A stretch of DNA of 64,000 nucleotides. It comes from a virus. The stretch lies in IMG/VR virus record IMGVR_UViG_3300034061_002899, one strand, 5' to 3'. How positions within the stretch are numbered: position 1 is the stretch's first letter; every line of letters starts with the position of its first letter. Shown here piece after piece: positions 16,861 through 25,499 of the stretch. The notes below the pieces were generated by a model. The model saw only the letters and a program-made list of their open reading frames with translations. It did no database searches and had not been told where the DNA came from. The position numbers and the translations under genes were made by a program.

Positions 16861-17142
16861 ATGAGTGGCGGGCATTTTCAATACAAGCAATGGGAAATAG
16901 GTAATATTGCCGATGAAGTAGAACAACTAATCATTGACAATGATAGTGAAGAAAAAGATCAATGGGGCGATAGAAAAGGTTGTCATTTCACTACAGAAAC
17001 CATTGAAGAATTTAAAAAGGGTTTAGCTATTCTACGACAAGCACATATCTATACACAGCGTATCGATTGGCTAGTGTCAGGTGATGACGGTGAAGATAGC
17101 TTCCATAGTAGATTGAAAAAAGAATTAGAGAACTTAAAATGA
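16861..17142 (+). CDS. hypothetical phage protein
   Basis: MSGGHFQY...IDWLVSGDDGEDSF; AGGAG SD. Confidence 0.75.
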   Translation: MSGGHFQYKQWEIGNIADEVEQLIIDNDSEEKDQWGDRKGCHFTTETIEEFKKGLAILRQAHIYTQRIDWLVSGDDGEDSFHSRLKKELENLK

Positions 17143-17336
17143 ATAAAGATTTTAATAACATTGTGTTTATTCTAAATAAATCCCCAAAAGAATTACATGC
17201 ATGGTGGAAACTATTAAGTGAAGATGAACAACAGTATGCCATAGAAATTCTTACCGACTATCGTAAGATGTTAGATGAACCTGTTGTAGAAGAATATACA
17301 TTAGCAAGAGAATACTTAAAGAAGTTTCAGTTATGA
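17139..17336 (+). CDS. hypothetical protein
   Basis: ATGA-coupled ORF. Confidence 0.65.
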   Translation: MNKDFNNIVFILNKSPKELHAWWKLLSEDEQQYAIEILTDYRKMLDEPVVEEYTLAREYLKKFQL

Positions 17337-17674
17337 ACCTAGCAGAATACTTTGAACAAAATAGATACAAAGCCAAATATCAAATTGGTGATCGTATCTT
17401 TGGATATTGGAATAACATTCCGTTTGTTGGCACTGTAGGGAACGACACCGTAATAAGTGAATTAGTTGGACCACAACTTAGTATTCATTTAGATTTACCA
17501 ATTTGCTATGAAAAGGTAATACGTACTGTTATAATAGCAAAACATAAAGAGTTTAAAAAGATATCAAAATTGGTATCAATCATAGAGGAAACAAATGACA
17601 AAAACACTAATCGCAAAACCAGTAGTAAAGAATCAGTTCTGGATAGTAACAGACGGAAACGAAAAAGTAGGTAA
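17333..17674 (+). CDS. hypothetical protein
   Basis: ATGA-coupled; 3' end overlaps next gene. Confidence 0.6.
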   Translation: MNLAEYFEQNRYKAKYQIGDRIFGYWNNIPFVGTVGNDTVISELVGPQLSIHLDLPICYEKVIRTVIIAKHKEFKKISKLVSIIEETNDKNTNRKTSSKESVLDSNRRKRKSR

Positions 17675-18053
17675 TGTATTAGCTGATGGTTCTGGCTTTG
17701 AAGTTAAACTGAACGGCAACAAGACTCATTTTAAGAATACAAATGCTATTGAGAAGCAAACTAAAATTGAGTTTCAAAGAGTTACTAAAGAAAAAGTTAA
17801 ACAAGAAATTCCTTTTAGTGAATATCCAACACCTAAAAAGGTATATAATTCTATACTAGACATTAAACGTAAGATTCACTTGTTTACAAAAACATCCAAA
17901 AGTAAGTGCTATTATGCCGCAGGATGGTATATTGTTAGTCAGGGAAGTGAACCTACTATAGAATTTTGCCCTAAATACATCTTTATTCAGCGTTATGAGT
18001 ATGTAGGTCCATTTAAAACTGAAGATGAAGCAAAAGACTTGATAAATATCTAA
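17595..18053 (+). CDS. hypothetical phage protein
   Basis: GAGGA SD; full ORF. Confidence 0.75.
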   Translation: MTKTLIAKPVVKNQFWIVTDGNEKVGNVLADGSGFEVKLNGNKTHFKNTNAIEKQTKIEFQRVTKEKVKQEIPFSEYPTPKKVYNSILDIKRKIHLFTKTSKSKCYYAAGWYIVSQGSEPTIEFCPKYIFIQRYEYVGPFKTEDEAKDLINI

Positions 18054-18250
18054 TGATTCAAATTAAGCGGTTTATTGAGAAAGTATCGTTGATTGAGGGG
18101 CGACAAGGGAAAGATGTGGTTATTCCAATATCTGACGCTAGAGGCCTACGTGATGAATTAGCAAAACTATTAGCAGACCACTATGAAATGAAAAAGGATT
18201 CCCCGGAAGAGGTAATTCAAGTTCAAATATCCGGGGGAGGATTTAAATGA
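18053..18250 (+). CDS. hypothetical protein
   Basis: TAATG coupling. Confidence 0.7.
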   Translation: MIQIKRFIEKVSLIEGRQGKDVVIPISDARGLRDELAKLLADHYEMKKDSPEEVIQVQISGGGFK

Positions 18251-18540
18251 GTAGAACACAACCTAAAGTCTTACTAGAATTAGTAGACAAAGTAACATAC
18301 AAATGCGATCAAATCGTTGAGGCAAGTGGCATCTGGGCTGTATTCTATGACGGACAACCTATCAATCTAAAGTCACAGCATTACTTAGATAATGAAGCAA
18401 CACCTAAATACAAGAAGACCAGTTTCAGTAATCCTGGTCATGCACGAAACTTGTGTAGAAAATTAAACACACAATTTAAATCTGATAAATTTACTGTCGT
18501 GTTTATGAATAATGGTACTACTGTGTACCCCGATGAGTGA
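18247..18540 (+). CDS. hypothetical phage protein
   Basis: GGAGG SD; KYKKTSFSNPGHA motif. Confidence 0.75.
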   Translation: MSRTQPKVLLELVDKVTYKCDQIVEASGIWAVFYDGQPINLKSQHYLDNEATPKYKKTSFSNPGHARNLCRKLNTQFKSDKFTVVFMNNGTTVYPDE

Positions 18541-18925
18541 TAATAAATCAAAGAAACAACGTATCACCGAGGCTGTACTTAAACAGTTGCCGCCTACAGA
18601 TCAACCAATAGACAAAATAATTAATGAGTGGTGGTTCACTAGATCCAGTGAAGGATTGCGCCTATCCGCTATTGGTGATTTAAGTTTTCGCCACGCACAA
18701 ATAGAATTTTTTAACTTACCACTAAAAATTACTCAGGATAATTGGCACAAGTTCATAGTTGATTGCAGTAAGAAGATTAAATGCCCGTACTATTTTGGTG
18801 TCAATAAAAATGATTTGAAAGAAAAAGAGGCATACATAAGATTGTATGACAGTAAAATCGCTATGATGATACAACTATATGGTGATGTACATAGTTACTT
18901 AGAATCAGTAAAGGCAAGAAAATGA
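18533..18925 (+). CDS. hypothetical protein
   Basis: ATG 18533 (MSDNKS) preferred. Confidence 0.7.
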   Translation: MSDNKSKKQRITEAVLKQLPPTDQPIDKIINEWWFTRSSEGLRLSAIGDLSFRHAQIEFFNLPLKITQDNWHKFIVDCSKKIKCPYYFGVNKNDLKEKEAYIRLYDSKIAMMIQLYGDVHSYLESVKARK

Positions 18926-19089
18926 CAGAAGAAAAGAAAAGCAAGAACCCATTTATAAACTTAGCCAACGCCGCTAAGAAAGATAGTAAGCACCCTGGAT
19001 TAGGTAAAGCACCTAAAAGCCAAGGACCTAAACCAACTAAGGGTAACGGTGGTGCAACGGTTGTTCGTAGAAGTGGTCGTGGTGGTTAA
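18922..19089 (+). CDS. 55-aa basic protein (not in ORF track)
   Basis: ATGA coupling; MTEEKKSKNPF...VVRRSGRGG. Confidence 0.65.
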   Translation: MTEEKKSKNPFINLANAAKKDSKHPGLGKAPKSQGPKPTKGNGGATVVRRSGRGG

Positions 19090-19574
19090 TACCATCTACC
19101 TTCATTACGCATTCGTTTGATTAGATTTAAATAAGTGCTACATACTCCGTAGCATTTTAATTGTACCGTACTAAACAAACTACGGTCATCTATTTCTGGA
19201 AGAAATATAATACTAGTGTTGTTAATAGGTACTGTACCAGGAGTGATAAGTTTACCACTACTAGTGGTGACTGGCGTACTTTCTGTAGCGTTTGGGAACC
19301 AAAAGTAATTTGGGTATAGTTTACTTGGTTGAGTAGTTAACCAATTTTGCATATCTGTATTTCTAGCGTTTATCCAAAAGCGCACACCTTGTAGATATTT
19401 GTCAGTTACGGGAATAATTGGTTCATAGCTACCTAAATATAACTGTCCGTCTACTCTCCAAACATCGACCATACAGGAATAGCCTGCATTGAATGCTTTC
19501 CCAATTTGTGCAGGTGTATTAGCATCCTCAAAGTTTTGGCTATCAAAGATACCCTGGTAAGATATATATAACAT
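19086..19574 (-). CDS. degenerate PLC/GDPD-like phosphodiesterase-fold protein
   Basis: YISYQG (cf. ISHRG), ANT, GYSCMVDVW, LYLGS, GVCS. Confidence 0.5.
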   Translation of the reverse strand: MLYISYQGIFDSQNFEDANTPAQIGKAFNAGYSCMVDVWRVDGQLYLGSYEPIIPVTDKYLQGVRFWINARNTDMQNWLTTQPSKLYPNYFWFPNATESTPVTTSSGKLITPGTVPINNTSIIFLPEIDDRSLFSTVQLKCYGVCSTYLNLIKRMRNEGRWY

Positions 19575-19665
19575 AATATGTATTTATGTCAACGAAATCA
19601 ATAGCTACCGCGTTATATATATGTAGACATTAAAATCTACTTCATTAACTTAAAGGAAACTTAAA

Positions 19666-19932
19666 ATGAAAACATTAGCAATCGCCCTAATCGCTACATT
19701 GTCAGTAGCAACAGCAATGGCTCAGAATACAGCCCCTGCCGCAAAGCCAGCAACAACTGCTCCGGCAGCTACAGCACCGGCTGCACCTGCTAAAGCAGAA
19801 GCACCAAAAGAAGAAATGAAATTAGCTAAGAAAAAGGACGCCCCCAAGGCAGATGCCAAAAGTGCTCCTACCACGACACAAGCGGCTCCAGCAACAACTG
19901 CTCCTAAAGCAGACGCCAAATCAGCTAAATGA
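19666..19932 (+). CDS. secreted Ala/Pro/Lys-rich protein
   Basis: Signal peptide MKTLAIALIATLSVATAMA; AAGGA SD; low complexity. Confidence 0.75.
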   Translation: MKTLAIALIATLSVATAMAQNTAPAAKPATTAPAATAPAAPAKAEAPKEEMKLAKKKDAPKADAKSAPTTTQAAPATTAPKADAKSAK

Positions 19933-20113
19933 AGTAGATGATGACGATAACTATGATATAGTTGATTTAGACTTACATCGTAGTTATAGTCGACCAAGAC
20001 TAGTCGGTTCTAATCTTTGGGATGATGATGAATTATCGGATAATATTTTAAAGAGACTTGCACAGGCAAGAATGTTAGCACTAGAGGCATATCATAATAA
20101 ATATGTGTTATGA
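19853..20113 (+). CDS. acidic hypothetical protein overlapping previous gene
   Basis: Fills gap to 20110; start uncertain. Confidence 0.45.
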   Translation: MPKVLLPRHKRLQQQLLLKQTPNQLNEVDDDDNYDIVDLDLHRSYSRPRLVGSNLWDDDELSDNILKRLAQARMLALEAYHNKYVL

Positions 20114-20844
20114 TTTTATCTAAGTTAAAGCTAACATTAAAATGTCATCTATATGGTAGATATACAGGCATAGATTCTCCTAATAAATGTTTGAATAAAG
20201 AACATTTTTCAAATTATCCATATGAGATAGGATACAGACATAACTCTAGAGGCTTTAGAGGGCCTGAATGGCCCTCTAACATCGATAGTGTATGTTGGTG
20301 TGTAGGTGATAGCTTTACTAGTGGTGTAGGGCAGCCATATGAACACACCTGGCCATATGTATTTTCAAGTAAATCAAATATTCACACAATCAATATATCT
20401 ATGGACGGTGCTAGTAACATGTGGATTTCACGTAAAACAATTGAATTACTAGAAATACAACCAAAATATATTATTATTCAATGGTCGTATATTCATCGCA
20501 GAGAAAGAGATATAATAATAGGTGGTAGTGATTATGATAATTGTGATGAAGAAAGAACATTGCATCATAGCAACTCTACAACAGAAGAAGATATACAACA
20601 TAATATTGATTGCATAAATTTAGTAGAATCTAAAAAAAGAAATACGACTATTATACATACTTTTATACCAAAGAATGTACCCGATGACTATCAAGTATTA
20701 TTTAAAGATTTGATTGAAAAAACGAATATAAATGTAGTTTGGTTCGATCAACTAGACTATGCTAGAGATTTTCACCATTATGACATAAAGACTAGCAATA
20801 GTTTGGCAGAAAAAATAATAGCATCCAAATATATAAATATTTAA
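20110..20844 (+). CDS. SGNH/GDSL-like hydrolase-fold protein
   Basis: NSRGFR, VGDSFTSGVG, TWP, DGASN, D..H. Confidence 0.65.
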   Translation: MILSKLKLTLKCHLYGRYTGIDSPNKCLNKEHFSNYPYEIGYRHNSRGFRGPEWPSNIDSVCWCVGDSFTSGVGQPYEHTWPYVFSSKSNIHTINISMDGASNMWISRKTIELLEIQPKYIIIQWSYIHRRERDIIIGGSDYDNCDEERTLHHSNSTTEEDIQHNIDCINLVESKKRNTTIIHTFIPKNVPDDYQVLFKDLIEKTNINVVWFDQLDYARDFHHYDIKTSNSLAEKIIASKYINI

Positions 20845-20857
20845 CAACATTACATTG

Positions 20858-20865
20858 TATAAATA
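20858..20865 (+). promoter_or_regulatory. T4-late-like promoter TATAAATA
   Basis: Exact TATAAATA upstream of the phasin-like operon. Confidence 0.6.
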
Positions 20866-20928
20866 GTTATGAAGTTAAGGGTTCTTCATAAAAACCCAAT
20901 TTTTAAACACACACATAGGAGATATAAA

Positions 20929-21204
20929 ATGTTTAACACAGCAACTTACGCCTTTATCGATGGCGTTACAGACTTTAAAAAACAATGCGTAGAACAAACA
21001 GTTCAACACGAAGGCATCAAAACAGCATTGAATGGTTTTATTGATGCACAATCAAAATATACTAAATCAGCCGCAGATGCAGGAATGCAATCAATGATGG
21101 CTTTGGGTATGATTTTCTCAAGCAAAGATTTCTACACAGAAATGGGTGACCAGTTCAAAGCAATGGTTCCAGCTTTCAACGTAAAAAAAGCAAAGGCTAA
21201 GTAA
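20929..21204 (+). CDS. phasin-like amphipathic helical protein
   Basis: AGGAG SD, ATG 20929; FIDGVTDFKKQ..LNGFIDAQSKYTK helices. Confidence 0.55.
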   Translation: MFNTATYAFIDGVTDFKKQCVEQTVQHEGIKTALNGFIDAQSKYTKSAADAGMQSMMALGMIFSSKDFYTEMGDQFKAMVPAFNVKKAKAK

Positions 21205-21206
21205 TC

Positions 21207-21404
21207 ATGGTAAGCGTTCTATTAACAATTGGCGCACTAGCCATGGTTGGTATTATTGGTCCACTAATTGCAATGGCAAGTGAATCTAATACTTATGGTT
21301 CTAGATTAGAGGAATACATTGTCAGTAAGAATCCACAAGATAATTCTGACATAGAACGTCTAACTAGAGATTATGAAATAGCTTCAAGTAAGAGGTATCT
21401 ATGA
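21207..21404 (+). CDS. membrane-anchored DUF3563-like small protein
   Basis: N-terminal TM; LEEYIVSKNPQD..DIERLTRDYE. Confidence 0.5.
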   Translation: MVSVLLTIGALAMVGIIGPLIAMASESNTYGSRLEEYIVSKNPQDNSDIERLTRDYEIASSKRYL

Positions 21405-21484
21405 ACACACTTAAACAACTATTTCAAAGCCTACTAGAGGCAATTCAATCCATTAAAGAATACAAAGCGAGTAAAATGAAATGA
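21401..21484 (+). CDS. 27-aa microprotein
   Basis: MNTLKQLFQSLLEAIQSIKEYKASKMK; ATGA overlaps at both ends. Confidence 0.55.
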   Translation: MNTLKQLFQSLLEAIQSIKEYKASKMK

Positions 21485-21579
21485 GATTACTTAATGACCT
21501 AATTATGCTATACAAATGGGCTAAAGAAGGTTGGGAAGTACATCCAATCATTGACGATGAATTTAAGGGTTGGTTATGA
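21481..21579 (+). CDS. 32-aa microprotein
   Basis: MRLLNDLIMLYKWAKEGWEVHPIIDDEFKGWL; ATGA overlaps. Confidence 0.55.
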   Translation: MRLLNDLIMLYKWAKEGWEVHPIIDDEFKGWL

Positions 21580-21671
21580 ATAATTGGTGGCCCGTCTCGG
21601 ATGAAGAGTGGGAACGTTTAAATTTTCCCGAAAGATTTGAACAACCTAAAAAAATGTTTTATACTACATGA
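21576..21671 (+). CDS. 31-aa microprotein
   Basis: MNNWWPVSDEEWERLNFPERFEQPKKMFYTT; ATGA overlap. Confidence 0.5.
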   Translation: MNNWWPVSDEEWERLNFPERFEQPKKMFYTT

Positions 21672-21695
21672 ACATTAACACACTAAGGAAATAAA

Positions 21696-21971
21696 ATGAC
21701 AGACTTTACACCAAAATTGCCCGAAGTTAAATTTAACAAGAATGGCTATGAACTACGTACAGATATCTTGGCTATGGCCAAAGATGCGGTACAACATGAA
21801 TATCAAATGAAATTTCAGGGTTGGGAAATGAGCGCAAAGCGTGATGCAAAAACAGGTCAACTTGTAAGCACAGTATCTATGCCTGAATTTCCAGGATTAG
21901 ACAAGATCCTTGAAACTGCTGAAAAGATGTATGGTTTTGTAAATCAAGGACAAACACAGTCTAAGAAGTAA
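21696..21971 (+). CDS. hypothetical phage protein
   Basis: AAGGA SD; KNGYELRTDILAMAKD...AEKMYGFV. Confidence 0.75.
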   Translation: MTDFTPKLPEVKFNKNGYELRTDILAMAKDAVQHEYQMKFQGWEMSAKRDAKTGQLVSTVSMPEFPGLDKILETAEKMYGFVNQGQTQSKK

Positions 21972-21983
21972 TTCTTAACAACC

Positions 21984-22010
21984 GAAGGTTCTTTTACAGA
22001 ACCTTCCTTT
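21984..22010 (+). terminator. intrinsic terminator
   Basis: GAAGGTTCT-TTTAC-AGAACCTTC then CTTT. Confidence 0.6.
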
Positions 22011-22028
22011 ACGGCTATAAATAAGAGT

Positions 22029-23123
22029 ATGAATGTACTAATACTAACCCCCGACCGTGTAGGAAGCACACTACTACAACGTTTAATTACCATATACATG
22101 AATGCACATGAGTATGACAAGCCAGTTATAAATCTACATGAACTTACCAATGGTTTACAATTATACTATAGTGATGTTTACAACAAAGAAGTACTTGGCA
22201 AACCTAAATTCCATAAATCTTGGGGATACTACCAAACATTGGAAGAAATAACAACGTTGTTGCGTGATACTGATCATTACAAAACAGGTCGTTTGGCTAG
22301 GTATCACGTTGTTAATAGGAATGATTCATTGCGAGACCAAGTAGAATTCTATAATTATATTAACGAAAACTTTTATATAATATCAGCACGAAGAAATAAT
22401 TTATTTGAACATGCTATCAGTTGGGGAATACACGGAGTAACAAATAAATTAAACGTGTATACTCATCAAGAAAAAATAGATGTATTCTATAATGTTTATA
22501 AAAACGGAGTGACTATTCATCCGATTAAATTAATAAAGCATCTAAACGATTATAAAGAATATATAAATTGGTGTGACACCTATTTCAATGTTACTTCATA
22601 TTTTGATTATGAAAAAGACTTAAAAGATATTGAAAAATATATATTAGGACTAGATATCTTCCCAAATCAAGAACGTAAATCTTGGGGAGATATATTTGAT
22701 ATCCCATGGCATGATTGGAATAAATGTCATAAATTAATTAGTGACTTTGGTGGATCCGATGTTAAACTACTAGAAAACAACGCTGTTTCTAATTTGACTC
22801 CGGCTTTATTACAAACAAGTTTAAGTTTAGTTGACCAAAATTATTTAGTACAGCATGGTCCAAAATACATGAAAGCGCACGATGAAATAGCACAACTTAT
22901 TTGGCGTGGCACTCTACCTACTAATGTGCCTATTAAGTTACAAACAATGGCAGAAAAAAGAAAAATAATTAAAAACTTTGATGAATGTATTGAAGTATAT
23001 AATAAATGGGTAGATGAAAACGGGATGGGTATCAAATATACTGATAATGACCTAAAGCAAATAGCAAATGAAGAAGTTAAGACTTGGTATAATGAGGTTC
23101 CAAAAAACTTGTTACTAGAATAA
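22029..23123 (+). CDS. sulfotransferase-like (P-loop fold) protein
   Basis: LTPDRVGSTLL (cf. PRSGST), RRNNLFEHAISW, FDYE. Confidence 0.5.
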   Translation: MNVLILTPDRVGSTLLQRLITIYMNAHEYDKPVINLHELTNGLQLYYSDVYNKEVLGKPKFHKSWGYYQTLEEITTLLRDTDHYKTGRLARYHVVNRNDSLRDQVEFYNYINENFYIISARRNNLFEHAISWGIHGVTNKLNVYTHQEKIDVFYNVYKNGVTIHPIKLIKHLNDYKEYINWCDTYFNVTSYFDYEKDLKDIEKYILGLDIFPNQERKSWGDIFDIPWHDWNKCHKLISDFGGSDVKLLENNAVSNLTPALLQTSLSLVDQNYLVQHGPKYMKAHDEIAQLIWRGTLPTNVPIKLQTMAEKRKIIKNFDECIEVYNKWVDENGMGIKYTDNDLKQIANEEVKTWYNEVPKNLLLE

Positions 23124-23230
23124 TTTCAAATGTTCTATCTGGTTGCGGTGGGGCCGGTACTGATACATTAATCACAGTCTATACGTGATAAACCCACCGA
23201 AAACGTAGTCAAACACTGGTACTCCAAAAT

Positions 23231-23259
23231 TTGACAATAAATGGATTTGGGTATATAAT
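23231..23259 (+). promoter_or_regulatory. early promoter repeat copy 2
   Basis: TTGACA-ATAAATGGATTTGGGTA-TATAAT. Confidence 0.9.
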
Positions 23260-23265
23260 TCATTT

Positions 23266-23490
23266 ATGAAATCAAAAATCTTCATTATTCAGCGTGACAA
23301 CGACAATTATTTCAAGCAAAAGTTGCCTACATGGCGCAACGGTTTTTGTGAAATTACTCGCAATGTCATAATTGAACCAGACCCGCACGGTATCTATTTG
23401 GATGGTGAGTGGGGTTATATCACAGTCTATGGTAAAAAGATTTATGTCACTAGGGCCGGCACTGAATTTGCATTTGAAATTCGTGGCTAA
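23266..23490 (+). CDS. 74-aa early protein, paralog A
   Basis: Near-identical to 24287-24511. Confidence 0.8.
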   Translation: MKSKIFIIQRDNDNYFKQKLPTWRNGFCEITRNVIIEPDPHGIYLDGEWGYITVYGKKIYVTRAGTEFAFEIRG

Positions 23491-23494
23491 AAAT

Positions 23495-23549
23495 TTGACA
23501 ATAAATGGATTTGGGTATATAATAGAATCTTAGACAGTTAAATAAAGGA
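23495..23549 (+). promoter_or_regulatory. early promoter repeat copy 3 with RBS
   Basis: TTGACA-17-TATAAT-AGAATCTTAGACAGT..AAAGGA. Confidence 0.9.
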
Positions 23550-23556
23550 CTACAAA

Positions 23557-23823
23557 ATGGCAAAGAAAATCTCTATCAAAGTTTTTGGTGACCCCGGACA
23601 CGCTTGGGCACGTTTCCCCAAAGCTAAATTGGTTAGTCTTGGTATTGCTGATAAGATCACCCCTTACAGTTATCAAAATGGTACTAATGCTTTCCTTGAG
23701 GAAGACTGTGACCTGTCAACACTAATGGCGGCTCTTAAAGCCAAGGGCTATGAAGTCAAATTTAATGAAAGTTTTACCAACAGGCAAAGCAAAATCCGTG
23801 GTTATTGCTCATACAGAATTTGA
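23557..23823 (+). CDS. early hypothetical protein
   Basis: DPGHAW, LEEDCD motifs; stop codon lies in next -35 box. Confidence 0.75.
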   Translation: MAKKISIKVFGDPGHAWARFPKAKLVSLGIADKITPYSYQNGTNAFLEEDCDLSTLMAALKAKGYEVKFNESFTNRQSKIRGYCSYRI

Positions 23824-23876
23824 CAATAAATGGGCTTTGTGCTATAATAGAATCTTAAACAATTAACAAACAGGAG
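23820..23876 (+). promoter_or_regulatory. early promoter repeat copy 4 with RBS
   Basis: TTGACA-17-TATAAT-AGAATCTTAAACA..AGGAG. Confidence 0.88.
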
Positions 23877-23881
23877 TTATT

Positions 23882-24247
23882 ATGAAGGGCTTTTTAATTA
23901 TCAGTGCGATTGTTGGCATATTTTTCTACAATAATTCTTCGGGCACTGTTTCCAGTATCACCGAAAAAGGTTCGTGCGAAAAAGGCGGAGTGTATTCAAA
24001 ACAATTCAACTGTGAATATGTTTACAACAAGGCCACCTACGATGTGTATTATTGGCGGTATCTTAACAGTGATAAGTCTGACAGACTAGTAGGAACTACT
24101 GTTGGTTTATCTGCTTGTCGAGATACTGCAATATACGCTCATAGAAATGCCAATAATCAAATGAATCAAGATTTGGACTGGAGCGAACGCATGTATATTT
24201 GTATGCTCACTAAAGATGGCAGAAATTTAGAGAAGCATAGGTATTAA
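23882..24247 (+). CDS. membrane-anchored/secreted Cys-containing protein
   Basis: N-terminal hydrophobic segment; four Cys. Confidence 0.7.
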   Translation: MKGFLIISAIVGIFFYNNSSGTVSSITEKGSCEKGGVYSKQFNCEYVYNKATYDVYYWRYLNSDKSDRLVGTTVGLSACRDTAIYAHRNANNQMNQDLDWSERMYICMLTKDGRNLEKHRY

Positions 24248-24251
24248 AAAG

Positions 24252-24280
24252 TTGACAATAAATGGATTTGGGTGTATAAT
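24252..24280 (+). promoter_or_regulatory. early promoter repeat copy 5
   Basis: TTGACA-ATAAATGGATTTGGGTG-TATAAT. Confidence 0.9.
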
Positions 24281-24286
24281 ACATTT

Positions 24287-24511
24287 ATGAAATCAAAAAT
24301 CTTTATTGTTCAACGTGACAACGACAAGTATTTCAAGCAGAAATTGCCTACATGGCGCAATGGTTTCTGTGAAATAGTACGTAATGTCACTATTGAAAAG
24401 GATCCGCACGACATTTACCAAGACGGTGAATGGGGTTACATTACGGTCTATGGCCGTAAGATTTATGTCACTAGATCCGGCACTGAATTTGCGTTTGAAA
24501 TTCGTGGCTAA
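24287..24511 (+). CDS. 74-aa early protein, paralog B
   Basis: ATG 24287 by homology with 23266. Confidence 0.8.
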   Translation: MKSKIFIVQRDNDKYFKQKLPTWRNGFCEIVRNVTIEKDPHDIYQDGEWGYITVYGRKIYVTRSGTEFAFEIRG

Positions 24512-24515
24512 AAGG

Positions 24516-24572
24516 TTGACAATAAATGGATTTGGGTATATAATAGAGTCTTAGTCAGTTAAACAACAGGAG
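24516..24572 (+). promoter_or_regulatory. early promoter repeat copy 6 with RBS
   Basis: TTGACA-17-TATAAT-AGAGTCTTAGTCAGT..AGGAG. Confidence 0.9.
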
Positions 24573-24578
24573 TTAAAA

Positions 24579-24836
24579 ATGTCAGCATTAAAAACATATC
24601 TGGATCGCAAGAACGCTTACGCTACAATCTTTGGTGCAAAAGCACTTACTTTAGACAATGCTACTGACCGTCAAAAGATTGCCGATTCAATCGATTCAGA
24701 TTTGAGTCCCGAGAATTTATCTTGTGACGGTGAACTGCCCCGTAGTCTGGTTCAGAAACGCTACAAGGAATTGACAATGGCGGCACGTGAATTGCAAAAA
24801 TTAGATCCCTCAGTTAAGTTTTACGAATTCGTTTAA
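24579..24836 (+). CDS. early hypothetical protein
   Basis: LSPENLSCDGE motif; strong SD. Confidence 0.75.
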   Translation: MSALKTYLDRKNAYATIFGAKALTLDNATDRQKIADSIDSDLSPENLSCDGELPRSLVQKRYKELTMAARELQKLDPSVKFYEFV

Positions 24837-24845
24837 GGAGTAGTC

Positions 24846-25499
24846 ATGGCTCGCAATCAAGACCCAGTTTTCACTTTCAATGCCGATGATGTGTGGGCGG
24901 CGGCATGTGCGGCACAACGAATCAATGGCAGTTATGTTAAGTTGGCAATGATCTCCGAGTCAGATCCTTCACTTACAAAGTTGTCTAATCGTATGTTGGC
25001 AATGCAATTGTTGACTGACCCCTTTAGTATCACGGATGAAGACCGTGAGCAAAGTAAAAAGGTTCGTGCATTTTATCAGGCATTGACTTTCAAAATCTTG
25101 CAAGGTAAAAAATTGAATGAGTTTGACAATAACGCAATGGTGTTGTCCAATCGTGATGTTATCTCTAGCAATTATGACTTTGCAGTTATTTGCAGTTTGC
25201 CAAGTTGCTATGAGCGAGGTGTCGTGCGCCAGTCAGTAGAACAGCGTATCAGTTTTGCTAAAGGTGGTTACATTAGTGCAGTTGGCAATAAAGTATCAAC
25301 CTCAGTTGAGGTGTTGAGGTGTGTTTTTTCACAAAAGTGGATGACTAATTTTGTTACTGGTATTACTAGTGATGACCAAGTAGTATTCTTTGCTTACAAG
25401 AGTGAACTGCCAGTAGGTAAGATGTTTGACATTTACGGCACTGTCAAATCACAGCGTGATAATACAACCCAATTTAATCGTGTAAAGGTGATTGCTTGA
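24846..25499 (+). CDS. hypothetical protein, possible C-terminal OB-fold
   Basis: AAGGAG SD; beta-rich C-terminus (IYGTVKS..TQFNRV). Confidence 0.7.
   Translation: MARNQDPVFTFNADDVWAAACAAQRINGSYVKLAMISESDPSLTKLSNRMLAMQLLTDPFSITDEDREQSKKVRAFYQALTFKILQGKKLNEFDNNAMVLSNRDVISSNYDFAVICSLPSCYERGVVRQSVEQRISFAKGGYISAVGNKVSTSVEVLRCVFSQKWMTNFVTGITSDDQVVFFAYKSELPVGKMFDIYGTVKSQRDNTTQFNRVKVIA

Noticed and set aside
23140-23200. tRNA on minus strand ending in CCA
   Set aside because: Too short, with no T-loop or D-arm consensus; kept only as an unexplained structure
23160-23203. Hammerhead ribozyme (CTGAT...GAAA)
   Set aside because: Core reads CUGAUAC rather than CUGANGA and the stems do not flank the core correctly
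23231-24572. Regularly spaced repeats as a CRISPR array
   Set aside because: Spacers are 260-430 bp whole genes, repeats are consensus sigma70 promoters, and no cas genes are present
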